From: an uncultured Actinomycetes bacterium
Lineage (GTDB): Bacteria; Actinomycetota; Thermoleophilia; UBA2241
DNA length: 64,000 bases
Assembly (NCBI GenBank): GCA_963755025.1
Contig: CAVWIH010000020.1
Coordinates: 32,001-96,000 of the forward strand
Direction of reading: 5' to 3'
In this document: piece by piece, positions 1 to 10,107 of the stretch
Position numbering within the stretch: position 1 is the stretch's first letter
How the letters are laid out: every line of letters starts with the position of its first letter
Notes under the pieces: generated by a model
What the model was told of the DNA's origin: nothing
The model's input: only the letters and a program-made list of their open reading frames with translations
Databases searched by the model: none
Program-made: the position numbers and the translations under genes

Positions 1-2
1 AG

Positions 3-632
3 CGCTGGGGCATCTCGGCGACCGACAACTACGGGCTCACCGAGGTGATCGGCCCGGGCATCGCCGGCGAGTGCGAGCACAAGGACGGCATGCACATCTC
101 CGAAGACCATTTTCTGGTCGAGGTGCTCGACCCGGCAAGCGACGAGCCGGTGCCCGACGGCGAGGTCGGCGAGCTCGTGGTCACCTCGCTCACCAAGGAG
201 TGCTCGCCGGTGCTGCGCTACCGCACCGGCGACCTGTCGCGCGTCACGCACGAGCGCTGTGCCTGCGGCCGCACGACGGCCCGCATGGGCAAGATCATCG
301 GCCGCACCGACGACATGTTCATCGTGAGCGGCGTCAACGTCTTCCCCTCGACCGTCGAGTCGGTGCTCTTCCGCATCGAGGGCCTCGAACCGCACTACGA
401 GATCGTGCTCGACCGCTTGGGCGAGTTGGACACGTTCACGGTGCAGGTCGAGGTCACCGAGGAGCTCTTCAACGGCTGGATGGACGACCTCGTGGCCTTC
501 GAACGTCAGGTCACCGAGACGCTACGCTCGGCGTTGCTCGTGCGCCCCAAGGTCAAGCTCGTCGAGGCGGGCTCGCTCACGCGCTTCGAGGGCAAGGCGC
601 GGCGCGTGATCGACAACCGGCCGCTCGGGTAA
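3..632 (+). CDS. paaK: Phenylacetate-CoA ligase family protein, C-terminal part (5' truncated by window edge)
   Basis: The frame is open from base 3 (RWGISATDNYGLTEVIGPG). Motifs RYRTGD, GRTDDMFIVSGVNVFPS and C-terminal RFEGKARRVID are typical of PaaK. Confidence 0.85.
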   Translation, partial: RWGISATDNYGLTEVIGPGIAGECEHKDGMHISEDHFLVEVLDPASDEPVPDGEVGELVVTSLTKECSPVLRYRTGDLSRVTHERCACGRTTARMGKIIGRTDDMFIVSGVNVFPSTVESVLFRIEGLEPHYEIVLDRLGELDTFTVQVEVTEELFNGWMDDLVAFERQVTETLRSALLVRPKVKLVEAGSLTRFEGKARRVIDNRPLG

Positions 633-761
633 GGGGCGCCGGCCGCTCGGGTAAGAGGCGCCGCTCGGCTGAAGGCGCCGCGCGGCGCGCCTGCGCCGCC
701 CCGCGGTGGCGCTCCGTCGTCGGGCTCAGGCGCCCGCCGACCGGCTCGCCCCTGCACGCAG

Positions 762-803
762 AACCAGACCGGGGCCCTGGTCTCCCCGGGCCCCGGTCTG
801 GTT
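762..803 (+). terminator. Long GC-rich hairpin between convergent genes
   Basis: AACCAGACCGGGGCCC ... GGGCCCCGGTCTGGTT inverted repeat downstream of paaK. Confidence 0.6.
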
Positions 804-920
804 GTTCGGAGGCTTCCTCTCCCCGCGATTTGGTCTCCAAGTGCTGTATCGGTCCCGGGCCGCGGCGATGAGATAGAACGAGTGTCTACGGTGGCCATCG
901 CAGGGCCGCCGCGGCAGTGC

Positions 921-2967
921 TTACGCGGTGACGCGCACCAGTTCGAGGTGGCTGGTCGAGCCGTCTAAGACCTTGCGCACGCCGTCGTCGTGGATGCTCT
1001 CGATGCCGCGGGCACGGGCCGCCGCGCGCATCTCGCCGACGGTGGCGCCCACGGCGATCATCTCGCGCAGTTCGTCGTCGATGGTGAGCACCTCGTAGAG
1101 CCCGAGACGGCCGTAGTAACCGGTGCCGAAGCACTTAGGGCAGCCGACCGGCGTGTAGATGTTCATGCGGGCCCCGGGCGCCTCGCCCAGGCCGAGCTCG
1201 ACCCAGCGCGCGGCGGTGAGCACGTCGGGCTTGCGGCAGTGGCGGCACAGGCGGCGCACAAGGCGCTGCGAGACGATGCAGCGGTAGGCGGCGGCCACCA
1301 GGTAGGCCGGCAGGCCCATCTCGATGAGGCGGTTGATCGACGAGATGGCGTCGCCGGTGTGCAGCGTGGTGAACACGAGGTGGCCGGTGATGGCGGCGTC
1401 GGCGGCCATTTTGGCGGTCTCCAGGTCGCGCACTTCGCCGACCATGATGACGTCGGGGTCGGCGCGCACCAGCGAGCGCAGCGCCTGGGCGAAGGTAAGG
1501 CCGATGATGGGCTTGACCTCGGTCTGCACCACGCCGTGCAGCTTGCGCTCGATGGGGTCTTCGACCGTGTAGATCTTGCGCTCCTTGGACTTGATGAGCT
1601 CGAGCGTGGTGTAGAGCGTGGTCGACTTGCCGCTGCCGGTGGGCCCGCCGATGACGATGCCGCCATCGGGCCGGCGGATGGCTTCTTCGAAGCGCGTCAG
1701 GCTGGTGCCGGCGAAGCCCAGCGAGAGCAGCGTGGGCGGCAGCGGCGATGACTTCGAGCACGCGGATGGTCATGTTCTCGCCGTACAGGCTCGGGATAGA
1801 GGCCAGGCGCATGTCGACGACGTCGCCGTCGGCGGTCTCGAAGCTGGTGCGCCCGTCCTGGGGCAGGCGGCGTTCGGCGATGTCCATGCCGGCCATGATC
1901 TTCATGCGGCTGAGCACGCCGGCCTGGAGATCGCTCGAGTACTCGCGCAGGTCGTGCAGGACGCCATCGACCCGGCAGCGGATCTGCAGCATGTCTTCGC
2001 GCGGCTCGACGTGGATGTCGGAGGCCTTCATGCCGATGGCGTCGGTCAGCACCGAGTCGACGATCTCGATGATCGAGGCGTCGAGGGCGCCGGGCGGCTC
2101 GGGGCGGTTGTCGCCCTCGGCGCTCTCGAGCTCTTTGAGCTTGCCGCGCTTGCTCGTGAAGATGGAGAGGGCTTCGTCGAAGGCGCTCTCGGCGCAGATG
2201 GCGGGCACGACGTTGCGCTTGGTGCGCAGCCGGACTTCGTCGATGACGACGACGTCGAGCGGGTTGGTCATGGCGATGACGAGGCCGCCGTTGTCGTCTA
2301 GGCGAAGCGGCAGCAGACGGTGGCGCACGATGAAGTCGCGCGGCAGCAGGCCGACCGCCGCCGGGTTAGGTGTGACGGCGCGCAGGTCGACGACGGACAG
2401 GTGCATCTGGCCGGCCAGGGCGTGGATGAGGTCGTCTTCGGAGACCAGACCCGCCGCGACCAGGACCTCGCCGAGGCGGCCGCCCGCCTGCTGCTGGCGG
2501 GCCAGCGCGTCGTCGATCTGGGCCTGGCTGACGATGCCGCTCTCGACCAGCATGGCGCCCAGCTTGAGGCGGCCGGCGCTGCGCCGGTGGCGGCGGTCGA
2601 TGGCGACCTGCAGCTTGTCGCGCAGGTCTTCGACCCGGAACGGCTTGGTGACGTACTCGGCGATGCCCAGGCGGTGCGCCTGCTCGAAGGTCTCGAAGTC
2701 GTTGGTCGCCGAGAGCACGATCACCGGCGCGGCGCGCAGGGCCGGCGTGGAGTTCATGAGCTTGAGCACGTCGAAGCCCTCGATGCCCTGCAGGTCGATG
2801 TCGAGCAGCAGGGCGTCGGGCGGCGCGTCGCGCAGCGCACGCAGCGCCGCCTGACCGCCCTCGAAGGTCGCCACGTCGAAGGCGCCCTCGAAGAAGGCGG
2901 CGAGCTGCTCGCGCAGGTCGATGTCGTCGTCGACGACGACGAGGCGCTTTTTGGACGCTTTGCTCAC
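921..2967 (-). CDS. REC + MshEN + PilB/GspE-type secretion ATPase (one frameshift near 1750)
   Basis: N-terminal receiver domain (VVVDDD, LLLDIDL, SA, TKPF) and two MshEN-like motifs (KLGAMLVESGIV..Q; RLGEVLVAAGLV..Q). ATPase motifs are ASDIHVEP, DIAERRLPQDG, Walker A GPTGSGKST, EDPIE, RADPDVIMVGEVRD, TGHLVFTTLH and a tetracysteine motif. GTG start with GGAG RBS. The two halves are in different frames. Confidence 0.85.
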
Positions 2968-3126
2968 GGGGTCACTCCGGCCGCTGGTTCCTCTCCGGCT
3001 AACAGCATCGGCAAGTGGCGGGCGAAGGATTACGTGCCGGCCGTTGCGTCGCGGCGAGGTGAAGGGTGGACGTTGCGGTCGCGGCAACGAAGGGCCGGCA
3101 CCGACGCCGGTCGCGGCCTGGGGGAG

Positions 3127-3230
3127 ACGCCGCGTGCGCGGCGCCGAACGTGGCACGCCGCGTGCGCGGCGCGGAACGCGGGCACGCCGCGTGCGCGGCG
3201 CGGAACGCGGGCGCGCCGCTTGCGCGGCGC
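3127..3230. repeat. Tandem 28-29 bp palindromic repeat, about 4 copies
   Basis: Unit ACGCCGCGTGCGCGGCGCGGAACGCGGGC with internal dyad CGCCGCG-TG-CGCGGCG; no unique spacers. Confidence 0.85.
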
Positions 3231-3602
3231 AGCTGTGGTGAAGGTGACTCTCACGGCGCGGGGGCGGCCGGTATGGGTAAAGGGCCGGGCCGGTTTGGGG
3301 CCTTCGCATGATGCGGGCTGGTGGGTACAGTCGAAGGAGACCGGCCCGGCAGGGAGAGGGAAGCGATATCCGGGCGTGAAGCCCGATCCGGTGTCGTGGT
3401 CAGGTGGTATCGACCTTTCGGTGGTGGGGTCTGCCCTTCGTATCGGCAGCGTGGCTGGGCTCGACAGGGGCCGCGCCGACAAACCGTTGTCAGGCGGCGC
3501 AACGGAGCCCAGGCCTCTGCTCTCCGCCTCTGCTATACTTCCGCCGCTTGCCGGGCAGGGTGCCTTACGGCCCGGTCCCTGAGCCCCCACAGGAGTCGGC
3601 CA

Positions 3603-4986
3603 GTGTTCCAGAAGGTCCTCATCGCCAACCGCGGGGAGATCGCCGTTCGCGTCATCCGCGCCTGCCGCGAACTGGGCGTGGCCACTGTCGCGGTCTACTC
3701 GTCGGCCGACGAGTCGTCGCTCCACGTGCGCCTACGCCGACGAGGCCGTCTGCATAGGCCCGCCGCCCGCCGCGCAGAGCTATCTCGTCATGCAGAACCT
3801 CATCATGGCCGCCGTCACGCACGGCGCCGACGCCATTCACCCCGGCTACGGCTTTCTCGCCGAGAACGCCGCCTTCTCGCGCCTGTGCGCGCGACAACGA
3901 CCTCACCTTCATCGGGCCGGGCCCCGAGTCGATCGAGACTGATGGGCGACAAGGCCATGGCGCGCGCCACCATGACCGCCGCCGGCGTGCCGGTCACGCC
4001 CGGCTCCGACGGGGTGATCGGCCGACGTCGCCGCGGCCGAGGAGGTCGCGCGCGCCATCGGCCTGCCGGTCATGGTCAAGGCGTCGGCGGGGGGCGGCGG
4101 CAAGGGCATCCGCATCGTGCACGATGCCGCTGCCCTTGCCGCCGCCGTGCGCCAGGCCAGCAGCGAGGCCCAGGCCGCCTTCGGCGACGGCGCCGTGTAC
4201 GTCGAGAAGTACATCGCCAAGCCCGCGCCACGTCGAGATCCAGATGCTCGCCGACGGCGAGGGCCACGCCATCCACCTGGGCGAGCGCGACTGCTCCATC
4301 CAGCGCCGCCACCAGAAGCTGATCGAGGAGGCGCCGTCGCCGGCCGTCTCACCCGAGCTGCGCGGCGCGCATGGGCGAGGCCGCCGTCGAGGCGGCGCGC
4401 GCCGCCCGCTACAAGGGCGCCGGCACGGTCGAGTTCCTGCTCGACCCCGCCGGGCGACTTCTATTTCATGGAGATGAACACCCGCGTGCAGGTCGAGCAC
4501 TGCGTGACCGAGATGGTCACCGGCATCGACATCGTCAAGACCGGCATCCGCATCGCCGCCGGCGAAGGCCTGGCGCTGCGCCAGAGCGACGTCACGATCA
4601 CCGGCCACGCCATCGAGTTCCGCATAAACGCCGAAGACCCGGAGCGCGACTTTCTGCCCTCGCCGGGCACGGTCACGGGCTGGTCGCCGCCGGGCGGTCC
4701 CTGGGTGCGCTTCGACTCGCACGTCTACCCGGGCTACACGGTGCCGCCCTTCTACGACAGTCTGCTCGGCAAGCTCGTCGTCTGGGGCCGCGATCGCGAC
4801 GAGGCTCTGGCTCGCGCCCGCTGGGCGCTCGCCCAGTTCCGCGTCGCGGGCGTCGCCACCACGATCGCCTTCCACCTGCGCGTGCTCGAGCACCCGCTGT
4901 TTCGCGCCGGCACGGTGACCACGCACTTCATCGACGAAGACCTCGAGCACGCCGCGGCGCGCGTGGAGCCCTCGCCTGCGGGGTAG
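3603..4986 (+). CDS. accC: Acetyl-CoA carboxylase biotin carboxylase subunit (multiple frameshifts, likely sequence error)
   Basis: [58 protein letters not shown] and YDSLLGKL are spread over all three frames; TATACT -10 at 3534-3539. Confidence 0.85.
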
Positions 4987-5069
4987 GTACGAGCAAGGCC
5001 CGCAGGCGCGCCCACAGGGGCGACGCCCGGGCAGGCGTATCACCCAGAACACGAAAATCGAGGCGCTTC

Positions 5070-5744
5070 ATGCCACTGCTTTCCGACGACGAATCCGCGC
5101 GGCTGGTCGAGCTGCTCGACCGCGAGCTCCAGGCCGACGTGACCCTCATCCACTTCACCAGGCACGCGAGCCGGCTGGTCGTGCCGGGCGTCGTGCCCTG
5201 CGACAGCTGCGCCGACACCGAGGCCCTGCTCGACGAACTTGCCGGCCTGAGCGACCACCTCGTGCTCGAGGTCCACGACATCGCCGCCGAGCCCGAGCTG
5301 GCGCGCGGGTACGGCATCGACAGGGTGCCGGCCACGGTGATCGTCGGGCCCGGCGCGCGCGGCCCGGTACGGCTCTTCGGCCTGCCTTCGGGCTACGAGT
5401 TCGCCACCCTGCTCGAGGACCTGATCGACGTGAGCACCGGCCACGACGACCTGAGCGGCGACACGCTCGCCGCCCTCGTCGCGCTCCCCCGCGACCTTCA
5501 CCTGCAGGTCTTCGTCACGCCCACGTGCCCGCACTGCCCGGGCGCGGCGCGCACCGCCCACCAGCTCGCCATGGCGAGCGACCGCATCACCGCCGACGTC
5601 ATCGTGGTCAACGACTTCCCCGAGCTGGCGGAGCGCTACGACGTGCTGGCCGTGCCGAAAGTGGTGATCGACGACGCCGGAAGTTTTGAGGGCGCGCTGC
5701 CCGAAGACGAGTTCGTGGCGCAGCTCGTCAAGGCGGCGGCGTAG
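5070..5744 (+). CDS. Protein disulfide oxidoreductase (two thioredoxin folds; PDO/AhpF N-terminal-like)
   Basis: CDSC and TPTCPHC motifs, GLPSGYEF, AVPKVVI. Confidence 0.8.
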   Translation: MPLLSDDESARLVELLDRELQADVTLIHFTRHASRLVVPGVVPCDSCADTEALLDELAGLSDHLVLEVHDIAAEPELARGYGIDRVPATVIVGPGARGPVRLFGLPSGYEFATLLEDLIDVSTGHDDLSGDTLAALVALPRDLHLQVFVTPTCPHCPGAARTAHQLAMASDRITADVIVVNDFPELAERYDVLAVPKVVIDDAGSFEGALPEDEFVAQLVKAAA

Positions 5745-6164
5745 CGGGGGCGCCGAGGTCTCGAAGGGGCGCGGCGCGCGGGGGCGCACCTTGGGGGCGC
5801 CGCGAGCCCGAGCCGGCTGCGGCGGGCATGGGAGCTCGGGGGCACGCCTCGCGAATCAGCCCCCACGCCCGCCTCCGCCGGCTCGAGGCGACGAAACCGG
5901 GATGCGAGGGCGGCGCGAGGCTCTTCGAGCTTGCGCAGAACCCCACGAAAGCACGGCGTTTGTTCCGAATCTGCGCGCGAGGTCGCCTCAGGCAGGCTTG
6001 AGGGGGCCGCAGGGCGCGGCGAAAGGGCGACTCGCGGGCGCACCATGCACGGGCACGAGGCTCCTCGAGCTCGTGCGGTTTGGGGGCGGTGGCGGGGCGG
6101 GGTGCGAGCGGTCTAGTATCGGGTGGACAGGTCCATAAGGCCACGCGACCGGGGGGAGCGCGGA

Positions 6165-6797
6165 ATGACGACAGAGAGTGGCCAGCCCAAGCCGGCTCGT
6201 CCGGCGGCCGACGTGGCGCCCGCCTGGCTGCGCTACCCGTCGCAGATCTCCGACGCCGAAGCGCGCGGGCTGCTGTCAGCGCAGGACAAGGCCAGGACGG
6301 CGACGCCGGGGTTGCAGACGGCGCTCACCGTCGCGACGGTGGTGGCGATCCTCGTCACCATCCTTGCGGGGGCCATCTTCAACTTTTCGCACTTCCGGGC
6401 GATGGACATCACCCGCGCGTTCCATCCCGGGGGCGTCCCGGCGGGCGGGGTCGTCGACTACAGCGCGGCCGGTGCCGCGCTCCTCGCCGTCGCCGCGGCC
6501 GGTGTCGCCCTTGCCGGGGTTCGGCTCGACGTGACCGAGCGCACGCGCACCGTGCTGATGACGGTCGGCGCCGCCGGCATGGTCGTCATGGGAGCCGGCG
6601 CCGGGATCATGCTCGACCCCTCGCGCCGGGCGCTCCTGGAGCACTATCACGTGGGTATCTGGGGCAGCCGGGCGTCGTTCGACTTGCTACTGCACGAGCT
6701 TGCCGCCTGCGGCTGGGTGGTCGCGGCCTGCGGCGTCGCCGTGGTCGTGCTCATGCGCACGCAGCGGCGCCGGGTCGCGGCGGCCTATCCGGAGTGA
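6165..6797 (+). CDS. Hypothetical membrane protein
   Basis: ATG with GGAG RBS; about 4 hydrophobic segments; GC3-biased frame. Confidence 0.55.
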   Translation: MTTESGQPKPARPAADVAPAWLRYPSQISDAEARGLLSAQDKARTATPGLQTALTVATVVAILVTILAGAIFNFSHFRAMDITRAFHPGGVPAGGVVDYSAAGAALLAVAAAGVALAGVRLDVTERTRTVLMTVGAAGMVVMGAGAGIMLDPSRRALLEHYHVGIWGSRASFDLLLHELAACGWVVAACGVAVVVLMRTQRRRVAAAYPE

Positions 6798-6842
6798 GGG
6801 GTCGGGCGGACCGACCTTTGTTGCGGAGCGCTCGGGTGCGGC

Positions 6843-7355
6843 CTACTCGGTGACCGACCCCACCTCGGGCGCCGGCTCGGGGTGCAACGCCGCTGCCCAG
6901 AAGACGCGGTCGGCCAGCGCCAGGGCGGTGCCCACCGCGAGGTAGAGCGTGGCCAGGCAGACGCGGCCCCACGAGTAGTCGACGAGCGCCGTGCGGCGCA
7001 GCATCATGCCGCCGCCCATCATCACGACGACGAACGCCCACGACAGGGGCGCGAAGAAGCCGAAGTAGCAAGCGTGCCCGCGACGGCGGATGCGCGCCAC
7101 GGCCTTGCCCGCGTATCTGATGAGGATGAGGCGCGCCTTCACGTTGCCTATGACGACCGCCACCAGCGCGATCGGCACGATCCAGTAGTCGAAGTGAAAG
7201 TCGGGACCGGGCCGCTCGATGAACAGCACGCCGCGAATGAGCAGCACGCTCACCGCCACGAGCCAGAGCACCGCCGCCGAGAACATCTGCACGCGCACGC
7301 CGGCGCGGGGCGTGATGCGGTCCCACCAGGGGCGCGTGGCGTGCGTGATCGTCAT
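6843..7355 (-). CDS. Hypothetical membrane protein
   Basis: 4 hydrophobic helices, CYFGFF and MMGGGMMLRR motifs. Confidence 0.65.
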   Translation of the reverse strand: MTITHATRPWWDRITPRAGVRVQMFSAAVLWLVAVSVLLIRGVLFIERPGPDFHFDYWIVPIALVAVVIGNVKARLILIRYAGKAVARIRRRGHACYFGFFAPLSWAFVVVMMGGGMMLRRTALVDYSWGRVCLATLYLAVGTALALADRVFWAAALHPEPAPEVGSVTE

Positions 7356-7591
7356 GGCCTCAGGATACCAGCTGGCATAACGGTGCGGCCTGACGGCGGC
7401 CGCACCGTGGCGGTGGCCGGGTGCACCTGCCGGACGGAGGAGCGCGGCCCTCGCCCTGGTCGCCGCAAGCACACCACGCCGTCGCGGCAACGGGTTAGCG
7501 AACCAAGTTGTGTGGGTTATGAGGCTCTATTGCTGATAACGGTGCGCTTCGCTTGCTGGTTGGAGGGCGCCCAGACATTCAAGAGGTGACC

Positions 7592-7894
7592 ATGATCTCC
7601 GTCATCGTGCAGCACGAGGTACGCGACTACGACACCTGGAGGCCCGTGTTCGACGAACACGCGACGGTGCGCCAGCAGCACGGCGCCACGGGCCACGAGA
7701 TCTACCGCGGCCTGGACAACCCCAACGAGCTGACGATCGTGAACCACTTCCCTTCGCGGGAGCAGGGCGAGGCCTTCGCCTCCGACCCGTCGCTGCCCGA
7801 CGCGATGCAGCGCGGCGGCGTCATCGGCCAGCCGCGCGTGACCTTCGTTGGCGAGCCTGAGATCGTCTCGTACCGCCAGAGCAAGGCGGCCTGA
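7592..7894 (+). CDS. Small dimeric alpha/beta-barrel (ABM/cyclase-like) protein
   Basis: HEVRDYDTWRPVFDEH...DNPNE...AMQRGGV pattern; GAGG RBS. Confidence 0.7.
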   Translation: MISVIVQHEVRDYDTWRPVFDEHATVRQQHGATGHEIYRGLDNPNELTIVNHFPSREQGEAFASDPSLPDAMQRGGVIGQPRVTFVGEPEIVSYRQSKAA

Positions 7895-8110
7895 GAGGCG
7901 CCTATCGAAGCGGCGCGGCGAGCCCGCGGGCTCGCTCGCGTGTACGACCAGGGAGAAGCCGCCGAGCCCGGCGGCGCTCACGGGCGCATGGCTCCGCGTC
8001 GCCCCCGAGCTGCCATGCCCGCCGCAGCCGGCTGGCCCGCAGCCGCCCCGAACGACGGCACCGCCCCGACAGCGCCAACGACAGGCGGGGGGCCGCCCGC
8101 TCGCGCGGCT

Positions 8111-8953
8111 TCAGTCTTCTTCGGCCCGCACGCCGTACCCCGCCGCCGCGATCTTGGCGAGCAGCTCGGCGGCCGGCGGGCGCAGCAGCCGTTCGACGGC
8201 CGCCGCGTCGTCGCCGCGCGCCGAGAGGGTGATGCGCAGGGTCACCGCCGGTCCCATCTTTTTGGCCCGTGACTTCACGTACACCTCGGGGTGGGCCTGC
8301 TCGACGCCGCCCAGTATGTCGGCGATGGCCGACTCGTCCTGCAGGTCGACGACCAGCGTGCGCTCCTCGTAGTGGGCGACGTGGAAGATGCCGGCGAAGA
8401 CGCCACCGAGCGACTCTTCGACGATCGCCTCGAGCTCCTCGGGCACGCCCGGCAGGCTGACGAACGTCGTGCCGCCGCGCCGCAGCACGACGCCCGGGGC
8501 GCCGCCCACGGGGTTGACCACAGGCGCGGCGCCCTGTGGCAGGCGCGCCATCTTGCGGCGCGGCTCGTTCAACTCGGCGAACGGCACGAGGCCGGCGGCG
8601 GCGAAGCGCGCGTAGGACTCGCGCACGAGGCGCTCGGCCTCGGGGTGCAGTTCGAGCGGCACATCGAGGCCGCGGGCGATGCCGGCGAGGGTCATGTCGT
8701 CGGCCGTGGGCCCCAGGCCGCCGACCGTGAAGACCAGGGCGGGGGCGCGGCCCAGGGCGCCGCGCACCTCGGCGGCGATGGCGTCGAGGTCGTCGCGCAC
8801 GAGCACGGCGCGGGTGACGGCGCCGCCCAGCGCGGTCACGAGGCGGCAGAGCAGGTTGGAGTTGGTGTCGAGCACGTCGCCGAGCAACACCTCGTTGCCG
8901 GCCGCCACGATCTCGACCCTCGGGGTGCTCGAACCGACCGCCGCGGGGCTCAC
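8111..8953 (-). CDS. Molybdopterin-binding/CinA N-terminal-like protein
   Basis: GNEVLLGDVLDTN, GGLGPTADDMT, NPVGGAPG, LPGVPEE; lacks the CinA C-terminal NMN deamidase domain. Confidence 0.8.
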   Translation of the reverse strand: MSPAAVGSSTPRVEIVAAGNEVLLGDVLDTNSNLLCRLVTALGGAVTRAVLVRDDLDAIAAEVRGALGRAPALVFTVGGLGPTADDMTLAGIARGLDVPLELHPEAERLVRESYARFAAAGLVPFAELNEPRRKMARLPQGAAPVVNPVGGAPGVVLRRGGTTFVSLPGVPEELEAIVEESLGGVFAGIFHVAHYEERTLVVDLQDESAIADILGGVEQAHPEVYVKSRAKKMGPAVTLRITLSARGDDAAAVERLLRPPAAELLAKIAAAGYGVRAEED

Positions 8954-9086
8954 CGCGGCCTCGGTGGGCGTTGCGCAAAGCGGGTCATCGGCGCTCCTTC
9001 GGCGGACTGTCGGTCGGCGTCCGGCCACTGCCCGTCGGGCGCCGGGCGAGCCTCCGCCCGCCCCTTTGCGATATCGTACACGAGCC

Positions 9087-9809
9087 ATGCGCACCATCTG
9101 TTTTCTGCAGCACGACGACCACGATCCGCCCGCGCTCATGGGCGAGTACCTGCGCGACGCCCGCTTCGAGCTCGACGTGCGGCGCCTCGACCTGGGCGAC
9201 TTGCTGCCGTATGCCGGCGAGCTCGACGGCCTCGCGGCGCTGATCTCTCTGGGCGGCGCCCTGAACGTCGACGACGACGCCACCCACCCGTTCCTGGCCG
9301 ACGAGCGCGAACTGCTCGCCGAAGCCATCGCCCGCGAGGTGCCCACGCTCGGGGTCTGCCTCGGCGCCCAGCAGCTCGCCCTGGCCGGCGGCGGCGAGGT
9401 CTATCGTCGCGAGAGCCTGTTCCTGGGCTGGAACCCGATCGAGTTCGCGGCGCGCGACGCGCTCGTCTACGACCTGCACCCGCGCCCGCTCGTCTTTTCG
9501 TGGCGCGACTACGCCTGCCGGCTGCCCGACGCGGCGCTGGTGCTGGCAGAGGGCGACGCCGGGGGGAGCGACGAGCCGCAGATCTTTCGCTTTGGCGAGG
9601 TCGCCTGGGGGCTCATGTTCCACCCCGAGGTCGACAAACCGCTGCTGCTCGACTGGTTCGAGCGCGATGCCGCCGTGGTCGAGCGGGCCTACCCGGGCGG
9701 CGTCAAGCCTCTCCTCAAGATGAGCAAGCGCGAACTGTTGCGCTCCGCCATGGTGTGCGGCCAGCTCATGGCGAACTTTCTGGCCGCAGGGCGGGTGCGC
9801 GAGCGCTAG
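9087..9809 (+). CDS. Type 1 glutamine amidotransferase-like protein
   Basis: LGG, GVCLGAQQL nucleophile elbow, FHPE. Confidence 0.8.
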   Translation: MRTICFLQHDDHDPPALMGEYLRDARFELDVRRLDLGDLLPYAGELDGLAALISLGGALNVDDDATHPFLADERELLAEAIAREVPTLGVCLGAQQLALAGGGEVYRRESLFLGWNPIEFAARDALVYDLHPRPLVFSWRDYACRLPDAALVLAEGDAGGSDEPQIFRFGEVAWGLMFHPEVDKPLLLDWFERDAAVVERAYPGGVKPLLKMSKRELLRSAMVCGQLMANFLAAGRVRER

Positions 9810-9822
9810 GTCGCAGTGGGCG

Positions 9823-9928
9823 TGAGGCACTGGCGCGGCGGGGCGTGAGGCTCTGGCGGGGCGGCAATGAGGCTCTGGCGGGGCGGCACTGAGGCTCTGG
9901 CGCAGCGGGACTGAGGCTCTGGCGGGGC
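9823..9928. repeat. Tandem 22-23 bp repeat, 5 copies
   Basis: Unit TGAGGCTCTGGCGGGGCGGCAC starting at 9823, 9846, 9868, 9890 and 9912. Confidence 0.85.
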
Positions 9929-9955
9929 CGGCTTGTCGAAGGCCGGCCCCGCCTG

Positions 9956-10072
9956 AAAAAAGGCAGCCCCAGAGGGGGGTCTGGGGCTTGTGAAAGGAGC
10001 CATGGGTGGTACCTGGGGGGGTACCGAACGACCCGGACGTACCGCGGTTGGGGAGGCCTGGCCCGAAGTCGC
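9956..10072 (-). ncRNA. Candidate C-rich-loop sRNA (6C RNA-like)
   Basis: Minus strand has hairpins GGTACC-CCCCCA-GGTACC and AGCCCCAGA-CCCCCC-TCTGGGGCT followed by a T6 tract; upstream TTTACA-N18-TAGTGT. Confidence 0.55.
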
Positions 10073-10107
10073 AAGGACACTATTACCACGCTGTGTGTAG
10101 TGTAAAC

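Noticed and set aside
3127-3230. Palindromic 28-29 bp repeats as a CRISPR array
   Set aside because: The units are head-to-tail with no unique spacers, and there are no cas genes.
3395-3480. c-di-GMP riboswitch upstream of the MshEN ATPase
   Set aside because: Only a CCGAAAGG hairpin is present; the GCAAA and GACGCAAA elements are absent.
9823-9928. 22-bp repeats as CRISPR or iterons
   Set aside because: There are no spacers and no rep or cas gene; this is a simple VNTR.
10002-10100. 32-aa leader peptide after AAAGGAG
   Set aside because: The SD-ATG spacing is only 2 nt and the codon usage is atypical; the G-tracts are better explained by C-loops on the opposite strand.
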